In this document: piece by piece, positions 60,001 to 64,000 of the stretch
Numbering within the stretch: the first letter of the stretch is position 1
How the letters are laid out: the number at the start of each line of letters is the position of its first letter
Assembly (NCBI GenBank): GCA_047495785.1
Contig: JBLDXI010000003.1
Coordinates: 2,232,001-2,296,000, forward strand
Length of the DNA stretch: 64,000 nt
Direction: 5' to 3'
Origin: Lepidodermella squamata
Taxonomy: Eukaryota; Animalia; Gastrotricha
Position numbers and translations under genes: made by a program
Notes under the pieces: model-generated
What the model was told of the DNA's origin: nothing
Database searches by the model: none
The model's input: only the letters and a program-made list of their open reading frames with translations

Positions 60001-63000
60001 AACTGAAAAGAATCACTATTTATTTCCTTCCCTACCTGATTGAGTATAAGGCCCTGATGGCTTTGCGGTTTCGCCAGTGCTGGGTGAATATTGAGCTTGG
60101 GGAGACGAAGCACCCGGCCTCATTGTTGGCAGAGTGTCTGGGGTCTTCCCAGATGTTGACGGCAGATTGCAATCGGGACCTTGGCACTGAAAAATTGAGA
60201 TAAAAATTAATAAAAATCCCAGAAAATTTGTTTGTATCCCAAAAGCATGAAAAAAATTGAAATCCCGATAGCAGCTGTTAGTTCCATAAATTAAACAATT
60301 TCATAACATTTTATTTAAGAGAAAATTAAGGTAGAAGATATATCAGCACCCAACAACTAAAATAACGAACCGATTTTTTCAACAAAACAAAATTAAAGTA
60401 GGAAAACTGAACATAAAATGGATCAAGTTTTTTCGGTTTTTTCACAAAGCCCGCTACGAAAATGGACGTTTCCACGATTGGTGTTCCCGTGACTAATTCC
60501 GCTGCAAACCTCTTCATAGACGACCGAGTAGTAATTAGGCTCTGGAAACGGGTCGTGCAACATATTGGCGTCATCGAACGCGCCGACCGGGTACGAAAAG
60601 GCCCGGCGCCGGTTCACAAGGCCGAGCGCCGGCTTCGCGCCCGGCAACTTCGGACCCATGCGAATGCCGGCGAGGCGCGGTTTCGGGTGCGCGCCCGGCG
60701 CCTCTTCGACATACTCATCTGACGCTTGCTATTTTCGCAACAAATTATATTTATAAAATTAAAATTATCACAGGCGAGATGATAAAATAAATCAAAATAG
60801 TTGACAAATATAGGTTGGCGTGACAAAGCGCGTTTTTAGCCTTAAAAATTAACACAGTTACGAGCTAAAATAAAATCACACATGCTAAACATCAATCATA
60901 TAAATAATTAATCAATTAGGTTATTAATTAGTATAGCTTTTCAAAATCCATGAAGCGCGTTTTTTATGGTTTAAACCGAATGGCGGGTTTGAAAAAAATT
61001 ATAATACAACACTCAAATTCGAAACCTACGTCTTGTTCAGAGTGCTTTTTTGCCGTCTGTAATAGCCACGAAAATTTTCATGAGATCACTCGATAGAGAT
61101 TGAAACGTTTCACCCTCACAGCATTACTTTAAGAAATTCCATTTTTAAGGAAAGAGGCAAAGTTCTTACTCATCCGGTCGAAAAAATATTTGCGCATTTT
61201 GCATAATTTTTTCAAAAAAATACAGCCAATGATCAATCAGAATTTTATGGCGATTTATAGTTCCGGAATGGCCTTAAATGACCTTGGCGCAACAAAATGT
61301 AGACTATTTATTTGGCGAATACAGCGTTTTTTAATTATCTGGAATTTCATGATAAATATAAAATATCCAAATAAATTACCAAAAATCAGGCGTGATCTTC
61401 TACATAAGGTCTGATCATAACTTTGAGGTCAGTCGAAGTCATTCGAAGAAAATTATTTCTAGTACTTTTAATATTTTAATATTTTTAATGAATTTTAATA
61501 ATTTAAAAAAAAATTAATTTTTCAATTATGAAATTCGGTGATAAAGATATTTTTTCGTATTTTGTAATGAACTTCACAAAATTTCGGAAATTCAAAAATT
61601 TCTATTCTTCAAATGAAAATTTGTTATATTTTTCTAAAATCAATCAATCGACCGAAATCGATTTTAGCGAAAACGTACCATGATGATGAGATCGTACAGC
61701 TGTTTCGCCACAACTCCATCGACCATGCCGCGATACGTCAGCGGGTTAATCACGCCATTCGGCACATTGCTAACGTCACGGACGCTTTCCCAGTCCGCAA
61801 TTTTGCCAACGCAAATCACCACAACGTTGATACCATCCTCCTTGGCCGCATTCGACTCGTAAATCGACGCCAGCGTGTCGTTCAACGGGCATTGCGATAT
61901 CACGACAATGTAATTCAGCGCATCGGCTCGATTTCCGACACTCTGCGAGAACGCGTGGGACCGCGAGTAGCCGATTTTTTCGGCTAGCGCGCGATTCGTG
62001 CTCAAATCCGCGTAGGGCAGGCTCATCATCGCCTGGGTCAGCGCTTTTTTATCGACATAGCTATTCAGGCTGATAACAGTTTGCGGGCCGTCGATGCAGG
62101 AATAGGTCATGCCGCCGACTAGAAACGCATTCGGGCCAACAGTTGATAACTGGATAAATTGAGCCAGGAATTGTTTAACATTGTCGAAATCAGCCGGCGA
62201 TGTAGTAGCGCTGGACAGGTCGAACGTGAAGAAGACGTCCGCTTTTTGGCCCTTATCGAAAATTTTTGTGTAGACGAAATTGACGACACTGCCCCGCGAG
62301 TCGGCGCATGCGAGTGTTTGCGGTGAGCATTCGTTTGTGAATGGGTTGTACGTGAACGCCTGGCATGTTGATAACGTGTTGCAGGCGAGCGAGCAGCGTT
62401 GTAGCGTCGTTATTTGCTGCTGGCCGAAGACTTCGTTGCCGAAACACTCGCCAGTTGTCCGCGAATAGTCATGCCGAGCTGAAAAAAATAAAAAATTGAG
62501 ATTAAATTTTCAATTATATTAGCATATAATCATGGTCTTTGATCGTTCTTCAATAATAAAGTAAGGTAAAAAAATCATTTATTTTTAAGAAAAAGGGCTA
62601 TTTTCGAGGATTGAAAATTAGCCCTGAAAATTTCGATGATTTTATAAATTTTATCTGATTTTTGGCAATTAAAACATTTTTGCATTAAGTTGGACTATTT
62701 TAGCAGGTAATTTTGGAGGCTGATTTGCATAAGGAATGGCATTGAAAGTTTTCAGTTCTTTCCACCATTGGGTCTTAATTTAAAAAATATGACAAGATGG
62801 CGCTTCATCTGTTTTTCAAAAATTCGAGAAAAATACATCTCGGCGCATCATTTTTATAAAGTCCAAAATTGCCCGATTTTCACCTCAAATTCAGGTGAAT
62901 GGCCTGTAAAAACCAACCATGAGATTCTCATTTTTCTTTCTGTTACTGAGAGAGCAATTCTAGGAGAATGCCCACGTCTAAATTCGTCCCAAAATGATGA

Positions 63001-64000
63001 TTTGTTAGGGAAATATGAGGGGGTCCAGATCAACATCTGAGATCTGAGATGCACTGCTCATAATATTTCTCAAAAATTAAGTTTTGCTTCTATCGCCTTG
63101 GACCTTGCGCCATTCGAAAGCTCAATAGACGAGGAATTTCATGCAAAAAATCCTGTGTTTATATCGTTCGACGTTGCAAAGCTATTCACCTGCAAAGCCG
63201 AAAGTTTCCAAAGTTTCCCCGCGCTACGCTAGTAATCCTAAAAATCCACCTTGAAAATTATATATTTTTGCAAGGTCTTTTATTACAGCTTAGAGTTGAA
63301 TTTAAGCACTTTTCTGACTGCTCATATCGACATCAAGTTAAACGTTGGGATCGATATATTCCTAGAAGTTTCTAAATCATAGCGGAAAGAAAAGCAAAGG
63401 ACTTACTCATTTTTTCGTATGTGAATCTGTTCGGGGTAGTAACGTCAATCGCCTGGGACAGACACGCCCCTGTTCGGAGGAAGCACGTGCTTGAATCGGC
63501 TGCGTAGTCAAACGCATGACACTGGATATCAGTGAGGCATTTCGCTGAGCAAGACTCGACTGAAACGTTGACTAGCCGTTGAGTCACGGCGTCCTGGCCG
63601 CAAGTACCGGTGCGTTGCGCGAATTCGGGCACGGCGCACACGGACGGGCAGACGGGGCCGTAAATGATCGGCGTGGTGAAATGTTTCGTGAAATTGCGAG
63701 TGCCGGGCTTGAAAGAACCGCCGCTGACGGGGAAGATGAAAAACGGGCAAGTCCCGTTAGACGGGTACGCCATATCACCCAGATCGCCCGGGTTTAACGG
63801 CCGGGTGAACTCGATGACCTGTTGCGTGTCTATCATCGACACGTACTGGTCTTCGATATTCTGAACCGGGTCGTCGATGGGCTGGTTGTACCCGGTTGAT
63901 GTCGAGTCGATGAGGACAGAACGGCCGTCCTGTTCGACCCAGCCGACGACCAGGTCGGCGCCCAGCATCGACGGTCGGGTGTTGAAGCCGATACCTGACC
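54092..64000 (-). CDS. Mosaic extracellular protein, 3' part: DOMON-PAN-PAN-VWA-(S/T/P linker)-SUEL lectin-VWA-VWA-F5/8C-CCP-CCP
   Basis: Phase-consistent exons >64000-63407, 62478-61679, 61056-61030, 60728-60468 (or 60510), 60186-60036, 59911-59699, 59562-59405, 58956-58200, 57018-55777, 54459-54092. Motifs: MLGADLVVGW (DOMON), CSAKC..CHAFDY..C (PAN), DLYFVLDFS and GGRPGVRKILILMT (VWA), AHFGR..CAGKSAC..CPG..YLYIAYLC (SUEL), IQLDM..QGR..WVTKF..FDGN..ARFIRL (discoidin). The 5' end is outside the window. Confidence 0.85.
57590..57935. mobile_element. MITE with inverted arrays of 21-bp GCGGAACCAAATTTG repeats
   Basis: Four GCGGAACC units at 57599-57670 are mirrored by three TTTGGTTCCGCTA units at 57868-57922. 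Confidence 0.8.
62700..63230. mobile_element. Degenerate copy of the 47413-48181 MITE family
   Basis: Shared blocks AGATGGCGC.TCATCTGTTT, GTCCAAAATT.CCC.ATTTTCACCT and GCAAAGCCGAAAGTTTCCAAAGTT. Confidence 0.65.

Noticed and set aside
53961-63864. Numerous plus-strand and alternate-frame ORFs in the ORF track
   Set aside because: They are shadows of GC-rich minus-strand exons of the mosaic gene. The same applies to ORFs antisense to the ankyrin and Sushi exons.

Overview
This is eukaryotic (invertebrate animal-like) DNA: AT-rich, with many short GT..AG introns, so the six-frame ORF track fragments the real genes. I rebuilt exon structures by hand from splice sites and reading-frame phase. The left three-quarters is a tandemly duplicated, TE-riddled locus. 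Its dominant feature is a minus-strand family of six-exon genes encoding RING + B-box-like + coiled coil + about 8-9 ankyrin repeats (TRIM-like RBCC-ANK): 2 intact copies, 3 lesioned copies and 2 fragments. Interleaved on the plus strand are four intronless genes for an unrecognised ~125-aa secreted 4-Cys protein. The region also holds a Pro-rich secreted peptide gene, a secreted 3xSushi + propeller-like gene, an L-type-lectin-like remnant and a tRNA-Cys. Two atypical zinc-finger genes follow. The last 10 kb is the 3' part of a mosaic extracellular protein gene (DOMON-PAN-PAN-VWA-SUEL-VWA-VWA-F5/8C-CCP-CCP). LINE, Copia, hAT and integrase remnants and several MITE/foldback families fill the introns and intergenic space. 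All domain calls are by eye from motifs; no database search was run and the species is not determined.
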